Notes under the pieces: model-generated
Seen by the model: the letters and a program-made list of their open reading frames with translations, nothing else
Told to the model about the DNA's origin: nothing
Databases searched by the model: none
Shown here: positions 10,165 through 20,042 of the stretch, piece after piece
Layout: every line of letters starts with the position of its first letter
Numbering within the stretch: position 1 is the first letter of the stretch
Assembly: GCA_002391105.1 (NCBI GenBank)
Contig: DGRT01000037.1
Span: 394 to 64,393 of the forward strand
Reading direction: 5' to 3'
From: Lachnospiraceae bacterium UBA4381
Lineage (GTDB): Bacteria; Bacillota; Clostridia; Lachnospirales; Lachnospiraceae
Length of the DNA stretch: 64,000 bases
Made by a program: the position numbers and the translations under genes

Positions 10165-11124
10165 CTATATCCTTCCTCTTCTGATAAACAGTACCAGCTC
10201 AAGCACCAGAAGTATTACCAGCGGAATGGCATACATATAATATACATCCTCATAGCTCACAGAATCAGATTTCTCTATAGTAAGTGAGCTGCCGCTCTTA
10301 ATGGAGTCCACCAGATACTTGATATTGCTGGTGCTCTTCATATTAATATAATCGATATCCAGATCCGCTGCCACCTGCTTCAGATTGTCCTCATCTATTT
10401 TGGAAATGGCATCCTGATTGGTCTCAGGATCCCTGACATGCGAACCCCAGGAACCTGTTGACATCACTCCACCCTTGGAGGTTCCATATCCTAATACCGC
10501 TCCTGCCTCGACATACGGCCCCAGCTCCTTGAAGCTCATAAGCTCCGAGCCATCTGTTATCTCACCATCGCTTATGAAGAATACTATAGTCAGCCTTTCC
10601 GGCTTGGTGCTGGAGGACTCCAGCAGCAGCTTCATATCATCATAGGCCTTATTGAGAGAACTGCCCTTTGCATAATATACATCCGGCTGTGATATGGTGG
10701 AAAATGCATCCTTTACAGTTTCATGGTCCTGTGTAAATGGCGCCAGTATCTGGGAACGGTTATCAAATCTTATCAGTCCGAAGTTACTTCCCGAAAGCTC
10801 ATCTATGATATACTCCGTATCCTTCAGAACCCCTTCCATTCTCGGATTCTTTCCATCATAGTCCTCTGCCCACATACTTATAGTCGTATCAACGACAAAG
10901 AGAACATCCAGATTCTTCATCTCTACTTCTGCATTATATCTCTTATCCATAGGTCTGAGATTGATCATAAATGCCAGAAACAGTATCAGACCGATCCTGA
11001 GACCACCCAGAATCTTCTTCCACAGTGCACTGTCTCTTCTGACCAGACTGATTATATAACAGACCAGGATGATTCCAAGAAGCGGGATGACTATATATAA
11101 TGGTATAATCGGTTTTGTTATCAT
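10165..11124 (-). CDS. VWA domain membrane protein (BatB-like)
   Basis: DTTISM MIDAS-like motif, FISDGE, N- and C-terminal TM. Confidence 0.85.
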   Translation of the reverse strand: MITKPIIPLYIVIPLLGIILVCYIISLVRRDSALWKKILGGLRIGLILFLAFMINLRPMDKRYNAEVEMKNLDVLFVVDTTISMWAEDYDGKNPRMEGVLKDTEYIIDELSGSNFGLIRFDNRSQILAPFTQDHETVKDAFSTISQPDVYYAKGSSLNKAYDDMKLLLESSSTKPERLTIVFFISDGEITDGSELMSFKELGPYVEAGAVLGYGTSKGGVMSTGSWGSHVRDPETNQDAISKIDEDNLKQVAADLDIDYINMKSTSNIKYLVDSIKSGSSLTIEKSDSVSYEDVYYMYAIPLVILLVLELVLFIRRGRI

Positions 11125-12224
11125 ATCCTAATCACCAACCCTACTATCAGCATACAGGATAAAGAAATGATCATAACGATCACAGGAATCATCGGCTGAT
11201 CAACTATCTTCGTAATAGTAACCTCTTCAACCTCCAGTGCTTCCTCACGCTCTATATCCGCTACTATATCATCAACCGAAAGCGACTCACTCTGTTTATA
11301 GAACTTGCCGCCGGTTTTGGAAACATTTGCCTTCAGATCCTGCTCATCATCCTCGTAGTCACTGGTATTCATTCCGCTCCAGGACTCCTTATCAGGGAAT
11401 ATACCGAAAACCTTGATGGAATTTTTCTTGCAAAGATCTGTAGCCTCATCAAGCTCTACTAGAGGCTTTCCCAGCGCTTCCTCAGCATTATCCGTAGAAA
11501 GAATAATGATACGTGTTCTGTCCTCATCATCCAGTCTCGGAAAGCTGTACATGCAGGACGCAACTCCCTCTCCTATAAGGGAACTTCCCTTCGTGTAATT
11601 ACTTACCAGAGTTCCGGCATCATAGTAATCAAGCTTCTCCTGCATTTCCTTGAAGTCGTCATATTCGTCATAATCATACTCAAGATAGCCCGTAGAGGAA
11701 TTGTAATACTTATCCATATATTCCTTCTGAAGAGCAAAGTATTCCTTTATATCCTCCAGTCTGCTGATGATAAAATCATAGTCATCTGTCATAGGTACAT
11801 ATAAAACAGTTGATGTATTGAATATACATACTCCGAATCTGTCACCGTCAAGCCCGGCAACAACATCCTCCAGACTATCAACCAGCTCGGCATTCAGCTC
11901 ATATATCGAATAGGACACATCCATACACAGAAAGATATCTCTCTTCTTGGTACCATTATTGACGGTTTCCTTTTTTGCCGGTCTCGCCACCAGAAAGAGC
12001 CCTGCGACCAGACTGGTTATGATACAGATTTCCAGCAGTATGGATGCTATAAAATGCATCCTGCTGCGTGTCTTATAGATACTTAGCTCCTTGACAAAGC
12101 TGGTATTGGCAGCCTTTATACCACCACGATATTTAATTTTTCTTCTTAGTATATGCAGCACCACAAGCAGCACCAGCAGGACAGGTATTCCCACCTTTAC
12201 CACCATCGGATGAATCAGATGCAT
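11121..12224 (-). CDS. VWA domain membrane protein (BatA-like)
   Basis: LVARP..DIFLCMDVSYS, DRFG, STDN; TM at both ends. Confidence 0.85.
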   Translation of the reverse strand: MHLIHPMVVKVGIPVLLVLLVVLHILRRKIKYRGGIKAANTSFVKELSIYKTRSRMHFIASILLEICIITSLVAGLFLVARPAKKETVNNGTKKRDIFLCMDVSYSIYELNAELVDSLEDVVAGLDGDRFGVCIFNTSTVLYVPMTDDYDFIISRLEDIKEYFALQKEYMDKYYNSSTGYLEYDYDEYDDFKEMQEKLDYYDAGTLVSNYTKGSSLIGEGVASCMYSFPRLDDEDRTRIIILSTDNAEEALGKPLVELDEATDLCKKNSIKVFGIFPDKESWSGMNTSDYEDDEQDLKANVSKTGGKFYKQSESLSVDDIVADIEREEALEVEEVTITKIVDQPMIPVIVMIISLSCMLIVGLVIRI

Positions 12225-12225
12225 A

Positions 12226-12705
12226 TTATTTCCTCCAACCTTCTATAAGACTTCTGGTTTTTGCAAGCGACTGTCTCACATCCGCCCTTGTTACTCTGGC
12301 AAACTCAGGTTCATAATACTCCCTTACCAGATTGGTAAGCTGCGGAATATTGACTCTTCTTATCTCTGAAAGTGTATATTTCTGAACCTTTATTCCCGTC
12401 ACTTCATACACAAACATACGGATAGCCATACTGATCCTCTGATAAGCCTGCCTTATATTGATCTTGCCCTGGGAAAGGTCTGACTCTATATATACAAGCT
12501 CACCAATATATTTTTTCTTCTTTCCTTCCAGAGTTGCCTCTGAAATCTTCTTCATCTTCAGTACCTTCTCACGCTTCAGCCTGTCGCCCAGCTTCTTTCT
12601 CAGGATGATCTGCGCCGCCACAACTCCCGCTATGAAAAGAACTGCCAGAATAATCCACAGGATCAGATAATTAAATGGATCCTGCAGTTCAACTGATGTT
12701 TTCAT
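12226..12705 (-). CDS. Single-TM hypothetical protein of the MoxR cluster
   Basis: N-terminal TM; position between DUF58 and VWA genes. Confidence 0.65.
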   Translation of the reverse strand: MKTSVELQDPFNYLILWIILAVLFIAGVVAAQIILRKKLGDRLKREKVLKMKKISEATLEGKKKKYIGELVYIESDLSQGKINIRQAYQRISMAIRMFVYEVTGIKVQKYTLSEIRRVNIPQLTNLVREYYEPEFARVTRADVRQSLAKTRSLIEGWRK

Positions 12706-12726
12706 GCTATAGTCCTCAAATAAGAT

Positions 12727-13602
12727 TTATCCTATACTCTCATTTTTATGCTTTTCAAAAAGCTCTACAACCTTATCAACCACATCTGCCTCTTTACTGA
12801 TATCCACCGCACTGACCTGATGCTTCTTGAATATCTCTTCAGCCTTACGCTTTCTGTCAGCTCTGTCCTTTAGTTCAGCCTTATGCAGCTTTTTATCATG
12901 AAGCATATATTCCTTCGCATAAACCTTCTCTTCCAGGTCAAACAGCCGTTCTCCCGTAAGATAGGCATCCTCTATATTGATAAGCATTACATCATTCATA
13001 ACAGAAAGCTTCTTCAGAAGATTATCACTCAGCCTGGATACTCCCTCCATATCTGTTATGATAAATATAATCATTTTCCTTCTGATATTCTCTGCAACAT
13101 ATTCCAGTGTTGCATCCAGAGGCTTTGACTCTTCATCTCTAAGGCACTTCTCATATCTGATAAGAAGATTCTCCAGATGATTCTTGCCTGAACGGAAAAA
13201 TGAGAAATCATACCCCTTGTCAGTGCTGGTGAGAAGCGCATAATCATCGCCATGATCATTTACCAGATAGCTTATAGTTCCCATTACATTTAAAGCTATA
13301 GACGACTTGGACTCTCCTGCATCTGTATCTCCCTGGAACTTTGCACCCGAATCACCGATAAACAGGATATTGTGCTTCTTATCTGCTATATATCTCCGGA
13401 TCAGCACTCTTCCGGTCTTTGATGATGATTTCCAGTCTATGTCACGGACGCTGTCACCATATACATACTCTCTAAGGTCATCAAAATCAAAGCTCCTTCC
13501 ACGATAAATGGAGCTGAATTCACCGTCCAGTATATTTGAAGTTTTCTTTCTCGTATAAAGCGATATGGACGCCTTGATACGAGCCAGATAATCATAATCC
13601 AT
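12727..13602 (-). CDS. DUF58 domain protein
   Basis: GRSFDFDDLREYVYGDSVRDIDWKSS signature. Confidence 0.9.
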   Translation of the reverse strand: MDYDYLARIKASISLYTRKKTSNILDGEFSSIYRGRSFDFDDLREYVYGDSVRDIDWKSSSKTGRVLIRRYIADKKHNILFIGDSGAKFQGDTDAGESKSSIALNVMGTISYLVNDHGDDYALLTSTDKGYDFSFFRSGKNHLENLLIRYEKCLRDEESKPLDATLEYVAENIRRKMIIFIITDMEGVSRLSDNLLKKLSVMNDVMLINIEDAYLTGERLFDLEEKVYAKEYMLHDKKLHKAELKDRADRKRKAEEIFKKHQVSAVDISKEADVVDKVVELFEKHKNESIG

Positions 13603-13626
13603 TATCTTTCTCCAGATTATTAATAA

Positions 13627-14637
13627 TTACGGAGTCTGTACTGCCCCGACGATTCTGTCTATAATAGTTTCTACTGATACATCATCTGCGATTGCAGCAT
13701 AGTTAAGCTCAATTCTGTGACGAAGCACCTGATTACGAAGAAGCTTAACATCATCCGGAGTTACATAGGTTCTTCCATAGATAAGGGCAACTGCCTTTGC
13801 TATCTTCATAAATGCTATAGATGCTCTCGGGCTGGCTCCCATCTTCACATAACGGCTGAGCTCCTGAGGAAGTACCTTGTCTGTATGTCTGGTTGCGTCA
13901 ACCAGGAAGGAGATATATTTCTTGATAGCAGCATCTACATAAACCTTCTCTGCTATATCCTGCAATCTGTCAACATCCTCTATAGAAAGAACAGCAGGAG
14001 TCTTCTTTATGACTCCAGCCTCTATCCTGTTAAGAATCTCAGCCTCTTCCTCCGGAGTAGGATATGTGATCTTCTCCTTGATAAGGAAACGGTCTGTCTG
14101 TGCTTCTGACAGAAGATAGGTTCCTTCCTGCTCGATAGGGTTCTGGGTAGCGATTACGATAAATACATCCCCCGGCATCTTATAAGAAGCACCGCCGATA
14201 GTTACCTGCCTTTCCTGCATCGCCTCAAGCATGGCACTCTGTGTCTTTGCACTGGAACGGTTTATCTCGTCCAGCAAAACGAAGTTGGCAAATACCGGAC
14301 CTAGCGTTGTATCGAACTGACCTGTAGCCTGATTATAAACCTGAGTTCCGATAATATCACTCGGAAGGAGGTCAGGAGTACACTGAATTCTGGAAAACTT
14401 TCCATTTACTGCATCCGAGATAGTCTTTGCAGCCGTTGTTTTGGCAAGTCCGGGAACTGATTCTATAAGTATATGACCATCAGCTATAATTGATGCCACC
14501 AGTGCGAACTTGAGATTCTGCTGTCCTACAACCTTTCCATCATAATAATCAGACAGCTTCTTGATAACCTCCTGAGCATATCCGAATTCTTCCTGTGAGA
14601 TTGCACTCTGATTTCTGTTATCCTGTAGATTCATCAC
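13627..14637 (-). CDS. MoxR-family AAA+ ATPase
   Basis: ESVPGLAKT, RIQCTPDLLPSD, DEINR, ATQNPIEQEGTY, DRF. Confidence 0.95.
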   Translation of the reverse strand: MMNLQDNRNQSAISQEEFGYAQEVIKKLSDYYDGKVVGQQNLKFALVASIIADGHILIESVPGLAKTTAAKTISDAVNGKFSRIQCTPDLLPSDIIGTQVYNQATGQFDTTLGPVFANFVLLDEINRSSAKTQSAMLEAMQERQVTIGGASYKMPGDVFIVIATQNPIEQEGTYLLSEAQTDRFLIKEKITYPTPEEEAEILNRIEAGVIKKTPAVLSIEDVDRLQDIAEKVYVDAAIKKYISFLVDATRHTDKVLPQELSRYVKMGASPRASIAFMKIAKAVALIYGRTYVTPDDVKLLRNQVLRHRIELNYAAIADDVSVETIIDRIVGAVQTP

Positions 14638-14656
14638 TTTCTCCTTTTGTTACAAG

Positions 14657-16699
14657 CTACTTTTTACCCTTTTTATCTTTCTTATCTGTATCTTTCTTAT
14701 CTGTATCTTTTTTGTCTGTATCTTTTTTGTCTGTTTCTTTTTTGTCTGTTTCTTTCTTATCTGCTGATTTCTTTTCCGGAGCCTTTTTTTCAGCTTTCTC
14801 TTTATCATCCACCTTCTGCTCAAAAGCACTGTCCGAAGCCTCGGTTGATTTATTAACAACTGCTTTTCTTGTATCACCAGAAGGCATCTGACTTACATCA
14901 TCAGTTGCAAAATGTTTACCTAATATCGGATCTACGTACCGGCTCTGATAATAACGGTACAGAGCCTTATACTCTTCACTGTGACTATCCGTGGCATGTC
15001 CATGCATTTCATCAAAATCCCTGTCCTTACGAACCTTCTTGATTACATGAAGTGAAACATTTGCCGCATGAGATGCTATCCTCTCAAAGCTGTTTACCAG
15101 ATCAAAGAGTGATACACCACCCTCGATACTGCATATTCCTTCCTGCAGTCTTTCCACATGATGAGTCTTAATGATTTCCTTCAGCTCATCAATCACCTCG
15201 GAAAGAGGCTCAACTCGAACAGCCATAGTGATATCGTCATTCTTAAATGCTGTAAATGTGGTATCCATGGTATAGTTAACCGCAACTATGATATCCTCTG
15301 TCTCCCTGTGACCGGAGGGTGAAAAATGAATATCCTGCTCATTCTTGGATCTTGCAACATAGGCTATATTCATACAATAATCGCCGATACGTTCCATATC
15401 TCCGATAGAGTTAAGCATCTCATAAACTGTAAGCTTATCATCAGCAGACAGTCTCTTACGGTCTATCCTTATAATATATGCCGAAAGCACTGATTCACAT
15501 TTATCGATAAAGCTCTCATTTTCCTCCATAACAGGGAACTTGCTCTCATCATATTCATATATCATGCCCGTCGCCAGCCTGTAGTTCTCCAGTATAGCAT
15601 CGCACATCTTATTCATAAGCGCCTTGCACTGTTCAAGAGCTATGGTTGGTGTATTCAGAAGCAGATCATTAAGTGCAGCCAGCTCCTTATCTCCTTCGCT
15701 TTCCTCACTTTGTCCTATTAATCTCTCTGTCATCTCAGAAACCTGCTTTGAGAACGGCAGAAGTATAAGACTTGTCAGAAAGTTATACAGGAAATGAAGT
15801 GTGGCTATATCACCCCTGTTAACAAAATCCGACCTGAAGGACATCCCCAGAATACTATTGGATATATATATCAGGCCTCCGAATACTATAGCACCGAATA
15901 CATTAAAGAATATATAGCCTATAACCAGACGCTTTGCCTTTTTATTTGCTCCGATACTTCCTAAGATTGTGGTGGAGCATTTGCCCAGATTCTCTCCTAT
16001 TATTATGGGTATCGCTACGGCATATGATATAGCTCCTGTTGCTGAAAGCGCCTGAAGAACACCTACGGAAGCATTTGAACTCTGAAGTATGACTGTTATA
16101 ACTATACCGATGAGTATTCCCAGCAGAGGATTCTCAAGGGAAGTGAACATCGACTGGAATCCGGCACTTTCCTTAAGTGGCTCAAATGCTTTCTCCATCA
16201 GTGTCATACCATAGAAAAGCATTCCAAGTCCAACAAGCACTCCGGCTATATTTTTAGCCTTTTTGTTACTGGTAAAAAGAATGATAAATGCACCTACTCC
16301 TACCAGCATCGGAGCAAAAAATGCCGGCTTTACAAGCTGCAGCAGTATATTATCATCTCCCAGATCACCAAGCCTGAATATCTGAGAGGTAACTGTACTA
16401 CCAACATTAGAGCCAAAGACAACCGGCATAGCCTGAGCCACCTTCATGATACCGGCGTTAACAAAGCCGACCAGCATTATGGTGGTTGCGGCGGAACTCT
16501 GCATGATACCTGTTACGCCCACTCCAAAGGCCCATCCCTTTATAGCTCCTACTCCCTTTTTCTTACTGGTTGTAAGAGTCTCAAGTATTCTCTCCAGACC
16601 AGAACCGGTCAGCTTGTCCAGAGATGAACTCATCTGACTCATTCCGAACAGAAACAGTCCTATCCCTCCAAGTAATTGAAGTATGTCCAGTATCCCCAT
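14657..16699 (-). CDS. Na/Pi cotransporter family protein with PhoU-like C-terminal repeats
   Basis: QSSAATT and QSSNAS motifs, GSNVGST / GENLG, ERIGDY and ERIASH; KKxTD tail. Confidence 0.9.
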   Translation of the reverse strand: MGILDILQLLGGIGLFLFGMSQMSSSLDKLTGSGLERILETLTTSKKKGVGAIKGWAFGVGVTGIMQSSAATTIMLVGFVNAGIMKVAQAMPVVFGSNVGSTVTSQIFRLGDLGDDNILLQLVKPAFFAPMLVGVGAFIILFTSNKKAKNIAGVLVGLGMLFYGMTLMEKAFEPLKESAGFQSMFTSLENPLLGILIGIVITVILQSSNASVGVLQALSATGAISYAVAIPIIIGENLGKCSTTILGSIGANKKAKRLVIGYIFFNVFGAIVFGGLIYISNSILGMSFRSDFVNRGDIATLHFLYNFLTSLILLPFSKQVSEMTERLIGQSEESEGDKELAALNDLLLNTPTIALEQCKALMNKMCDAILENYRLATGMIYEYDESKFPVMEENESFIDKCESVLSAYIIRIDRKRLSADDKLTVYEMLNSIGDMERIGDYCMNIAYVARSKNEQDIHFSPSGHRETEDIIVAVNYTMDTTFTAFKNDDITMAVRVEPLSEVIDELKEIIKTHHVERLQEGICSIEGGVSLFDLVNSFERIASHAANVSLHVIKKVRKDRDFDEMHGHATDSHSEEYKALYRYYQSRYVDPILGKHFATDDVSQMPSGDTRKAVVNKSTEASDSAFEQKVDDKEKAEKKAPEKKSADKKETDKKETDKKDTDKKDTDKKDTDKKDKKGKK

Positions 16700-16906
16700 A
16701 TAAACTCCTTTATATTCGGTATCTATGTAAAATCAAATAATGTCATATGATACTTTTGACACGCAGATCATTAAATGAATTAACTAACGATTCATTCTTT
16801 CCCAAATTCCTACTATAACATATATTTCAAATATACTAAAGGGTTTTTAATGAATAACTTTGCTGCTGCCGGCTTTAAATAAAGCTGATTCCGGACTGAT
16901 CACCCT

Positions 16907-17623
16907 TTACCCAAGGATATCCTTCACGATTTCAGCCGCCATCAAAAGACCTGCCGCTGCCGGTACAAAGGGTGTACTTCCGGGTGTACGTCCATCCCCC
17001 AGCACATTATCTTCACCCTTTTTCCTTTTTATCGGCGGTTCATCCGAATATACCACCTTAAGACTGTCTATTCCTCTGTCTCTAAGTTCCTTTCTCATAA
17101 CCTTTGCAAGAGGGCATACAGATGTTATATATATATCAGCAATTCTAAGTCTCCCCGGATCCATCTTATTGCCGGCTCCCATGGCACTGATAACCGGCAC
17201 CCCCAGAGACTTAGCCCTGGTGATTATTTCGAGCTTTGCAGTAACTGTATCAACTGCATCCACTATATAATCATAGCTGCTAAAATCAAACTGTTCAGCG
17301 TTCTCAGGCAGATAAAAGGTTTCATAGGCTTCCACCTTAATATCGGGATTTATACTAAGAAGCCTCTCCTTCATCACTTCCACCTTGGGACGCTCCAGAG
17401 TATCATGGGTTGCAATAATCTGTCTATTGATATTGCTTATATCTACCGTATCCTTATCAACTATATCGATACATCCTACACCAGCTCTTCCAAGCGCTTC
17501 AACCACATACCCGCCGACTCCGCCAACCCCGAATACCAGAACCTTTGCTTCTGCCAGCTTCTCTATACCAGCCCAGCCTATAAGGGCTGCCGTTCTTGTA
17601 TATTGTTCTCTATTCATAATCAT
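16907..17623 (-). CDS. tcdA: tRNA threonylcarbamoyladenosine dehydratase (ThiF family)
   Basis: GVGGVG, SNINRQ, DAVD, SAMGAG, CPLAKVMRKELR. Confidence 0.85.
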   Translation of the reverse strand: MIMNREQYTRTAALIGWAGIEKLAEAKVLVFGVGGVGGYVVEALGRAGVGCIDIVDKDTVDISNINRQIIATHDTLERPKVEVMKERLLSINPDIKVEAYETFYLPENAEQFDFSSYDYIVDAVDTVTAKLEIITRAKSLGVPVISAMGAGNKMDPGRLRIADIYITSVCPLAKVMRKELRDRGIDSLKVVYSDEPPIKRKKGEDNVLGDGRTPGSTPFVPAAAGLLMAAEIVKDILG

Positions 17624-17940
17624 TTCCCGTTCCTTGTTTCTACAATAAATATCCCACTTTGTCAGTTCAGGTCATGCGGATATAACCCGGATAACCTTCC
17701 CTATTTTATCAATATATCAATTATTAAACAATCCTCCTAATATAATTTACGCATCAACTATTCCAGATATATTTCCTTATTAATCCTCCCGTGAAAATAT
17801 GCGTTATGCCCCTGATATTTTACATAACACTCATAATATTTTCGCATAACACTCCTGCTATCTGCACCACTGAAATATGTTCAAAAATATATAGTTAGTT
17901 TTTTATAACGATTAATGCAAGAGTCTAACCCAAATATTTC

Positions 17941-17969
17941 TTGTATATATATCAGATATTTGATACAAT
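17941..17969 (+). promoter_or_regulatory. Sigma-A-like promoter
   Basis: TTGTAT-17-TACAAT with TG extension. Confidence 0.6.
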
Positions 17970-18156
17970 TCACTATGTATGCAATCTGCATACAAACTGA
18001 CCGTCAGGTTAACAAAGTTGCTTTAGTTTCGGCAGTTTATGTATATTCAGGCTTCTAAGTAACAGTGGCGGTACAAACTACATAATGAATTAGTATGATA
18101 TGGGCTGGATCATCTTGATTAGTCTAGTCGGTTTAAAAGGGAAAGGAAGGTTTTGT

Positions 18157-18570
18157 ATGGTACAATTAGCTCTTAATTTAATTCCGGTATTTTTATACAG
18201 TGACGTTCAGGCACCTGAACTCACCTCACAAATGATTGTTACATCAATCATTGAGTTTCTTATTGCTTATGTTATCTCAGCAATTCCACTTATGAAGATA
18301 TTCCAGAAGGCTGGTATTGAAAGCTGGTATGCATGGGTTCCAATTCTCAACACATATATGCTTACCAAGATTGCCTGCGGTAATGGCTGGTTCTTCTTAC
18401 TTGCACTTATTCCATGTGTAGGTTCACTTATATTCCTTATCTTCTTAGCTATTAAGCTTTCAAAGGCTTTCGGCTATGGCGGTGGAATGATAGCACTTCT
18501 TATACTGCTTACAATCATTGGTTATTATGTAATCGGTTTTGGTTCTTCACAGTATCAGGGACCACAGTAA
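18157..18570 (+). CDS. Small membrane protein (DUF5684-like)
   Basis: KIFQKAGIESWYAWVPILN...LSKAFG...IGFGSSQYQG; ATG at 18157 after GGAAGG. Confidence 0.8.
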   Translation: MVQLALNLIPVFLYSDVQAPELTSQMIVTSIIEFLIAYVISAIPLMKIFQKAGIESWYAWVPILNTYMLTKIACGNGWFFLLALIPCVGSLIFLIFLAIKLSKAFGYGGGMIALLILLTIIGYYVIGFGSSQYQGPQ

Positions 18571-18603
18571 TAATCAGTTTTCGCATTTCATTATGTAGAT
18601 ATC

Positions 18604-18638
18604 AAAGTCTCAGGATCTTTCCTGGGACTTTTTGTTTT
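18604..18638 (+). terminator. Intrinsic terminator
   Basis: aaagtctcagga / tcctgggacttt stem then T-run. Confidence 0.75.
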
Positions 18639-18792
18639 ATCATCAATTCCGTAATTGAAGTATATGATGTCATAATGTAAAATAATAAGTGTTCCGGTAG
18701 TATTAGTGGCAGCTTACCAAGGAATCACGGTAGTATTAGTGGCAGCCTCCCTACCAAAGCTGCCAGATGTGTTTTATCAAGAGGAGTTTATT

Positions 18793-19974
18793 ATGTTATA
18801 TCGTAAAGACAAATATGGAAATGATATATCCATGCTGGGCTATGGCTGCATGCGATTCACCAAAAAGGGAGGAAGCATCGATCTGGACAAGGCTGAGAAG
18901 GAAGTCCTGAAGGCTTACGAAATGGGTGTCAACTACTATGATACCGCATATCTTTATCCCGGAAATGAGGTTGCTCTCGGAAAGATTCTTGCCAGAAACA
19001 ATCTTCGCGAAAAGATAAAAATCGCAACCAAGCTTCCACAGTATAATGTGAAAAATGCGCCTGCCATTGATAAGTATTTCGATGAGGAGCTTTCCCGTCT
19101 TCAGACAGATTATATCGACTATTACCTGATGCACATGATGACAGACTTCAGCAACTGGAACAATCTGGTAAATCTTGGTATCAAAGACTGGATAGATAAG
19201 AAAAAGAAAAGCGGTGCCATAAGAAATATCGGTTTCTCCTTCCACGGAAATACCGATATGTTCATTAAAATACTAAATGCCTACGACTGGGATTTCTGTC
19301 AGATACAGTACAATTATCTGGATGAGGTCTCCCAGGCAGGTGTCAAAGGTCTTAAGGCCGCTGCAGAGAAGGGAATCCCTGTAATAATCATGGAACCGCT
19401 TCGTGGTGGCAAGCTTGTAAATATGCTTCCTGCCAGCGCTAAGAAAGCCATGAAGGAAAGCGGACGTAACTGGTCTCCTGCAGAATGGGGACTCAGATGG
19501 CTGTGGAACCAGCCCGAAGTAACCTGTGTTTTATCCGGAATGAACTCACTTGAGATGGTCGAAGAGAACTGCCGTATAGCGAGCGAAGCCGAGGCAGGAC
19601 ATTTTACCGAGGCCGACTTCCAGACCATAGACAGGGTACGGGATGCCATAAATGAAACCATCAAGGTTGGATGTACCGGCTGCCGTTACTGTATGCCTTG
19701 TCCGAAGGGAGTTGATATTCCGGGTATATTCCGCTCCTACAACACCATGTATTCTGAAACGAAGCACAGCGGACGTTTTGAATATGCCCAGACAGTAGCA
19801 CTAACCAAGGAACCTACCTTTGCAACCCAGTGTGTCAAATGCGGCAAATGCGAACAACACTGCCCTCAGAGTATTCCTATCAGGGAGAAGCTGGTAGAGG
19901 CAGATAAGCACCTCAGACCTCTTCCCTACAAGGTAGGAATCAATATCGCCAGAAAGATTCTGGTCAAAGGATAA
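18793..19974 (+). CDS. Aldo/keto reductase with C-terminal 4Fe-4S motifs
   Basis: GYGCMRF, DTAYLY, ATKLP, MEPLRGG, CTGCRYCMPCP, CVKCGKCEQHCP; GAGGAG SD before ATG 18793. Confidence 0.9.
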   Translation: MLYRKDKYGNDISMLGYGCMRFTKKGGSIDLDKAEKEVLKAYEMGVNYYDTAYLYPGNEVALGKILARNNLREKIKIATKLPQYNVKNAPAIDKYFDEELSRLQTDYIDYYLMHMMTDFSNWNNLVNLGIKDWIDKKKKSGAIRNIGFSFHGNTDMFIKILNAYDWDFCQIQYNYLDEVSQAGVKGLKAAAEKGIPVIIMEPLRGGKLVNMLPASAKKAMKESGRNWSPAEWGLRWLWNQPEVTCVLSGMNSLEMVEENCRIASEAEAGHFTEADFQTIDRVRDAINETIKVGCTGCRYCMPCPKGVDIPGIFRSYNTMYSETKHSGRFEYAQTVALTKEPTFATQCVKCGKCEQHCPQSIPIREKLVEADKHLRPLPYKVGINIARKILVKG

Positions 19975-19984
19975 TCCGCATAAT

Positions 19985-20040
19985 AAAAACCGGTTCTTAA
20001 AGGTTTACTCTTCAAGCCGTAAACCTTCAGAACCGGTTTT
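19985..20040. terminator. Bidirectional terminator between convergent genes
   Basis: aaaaccggttct..aaggtttac / gtaaacctt..agaaccggtttt. Confidence 0.75.
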
Positions 20041-20042
20041 AT

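Noticed and set aside
18695-18746. Direct repeat cggtagtattagtggcagc x2
   Set aside because: Two copies only; looks like a local duplication with no supportable function.
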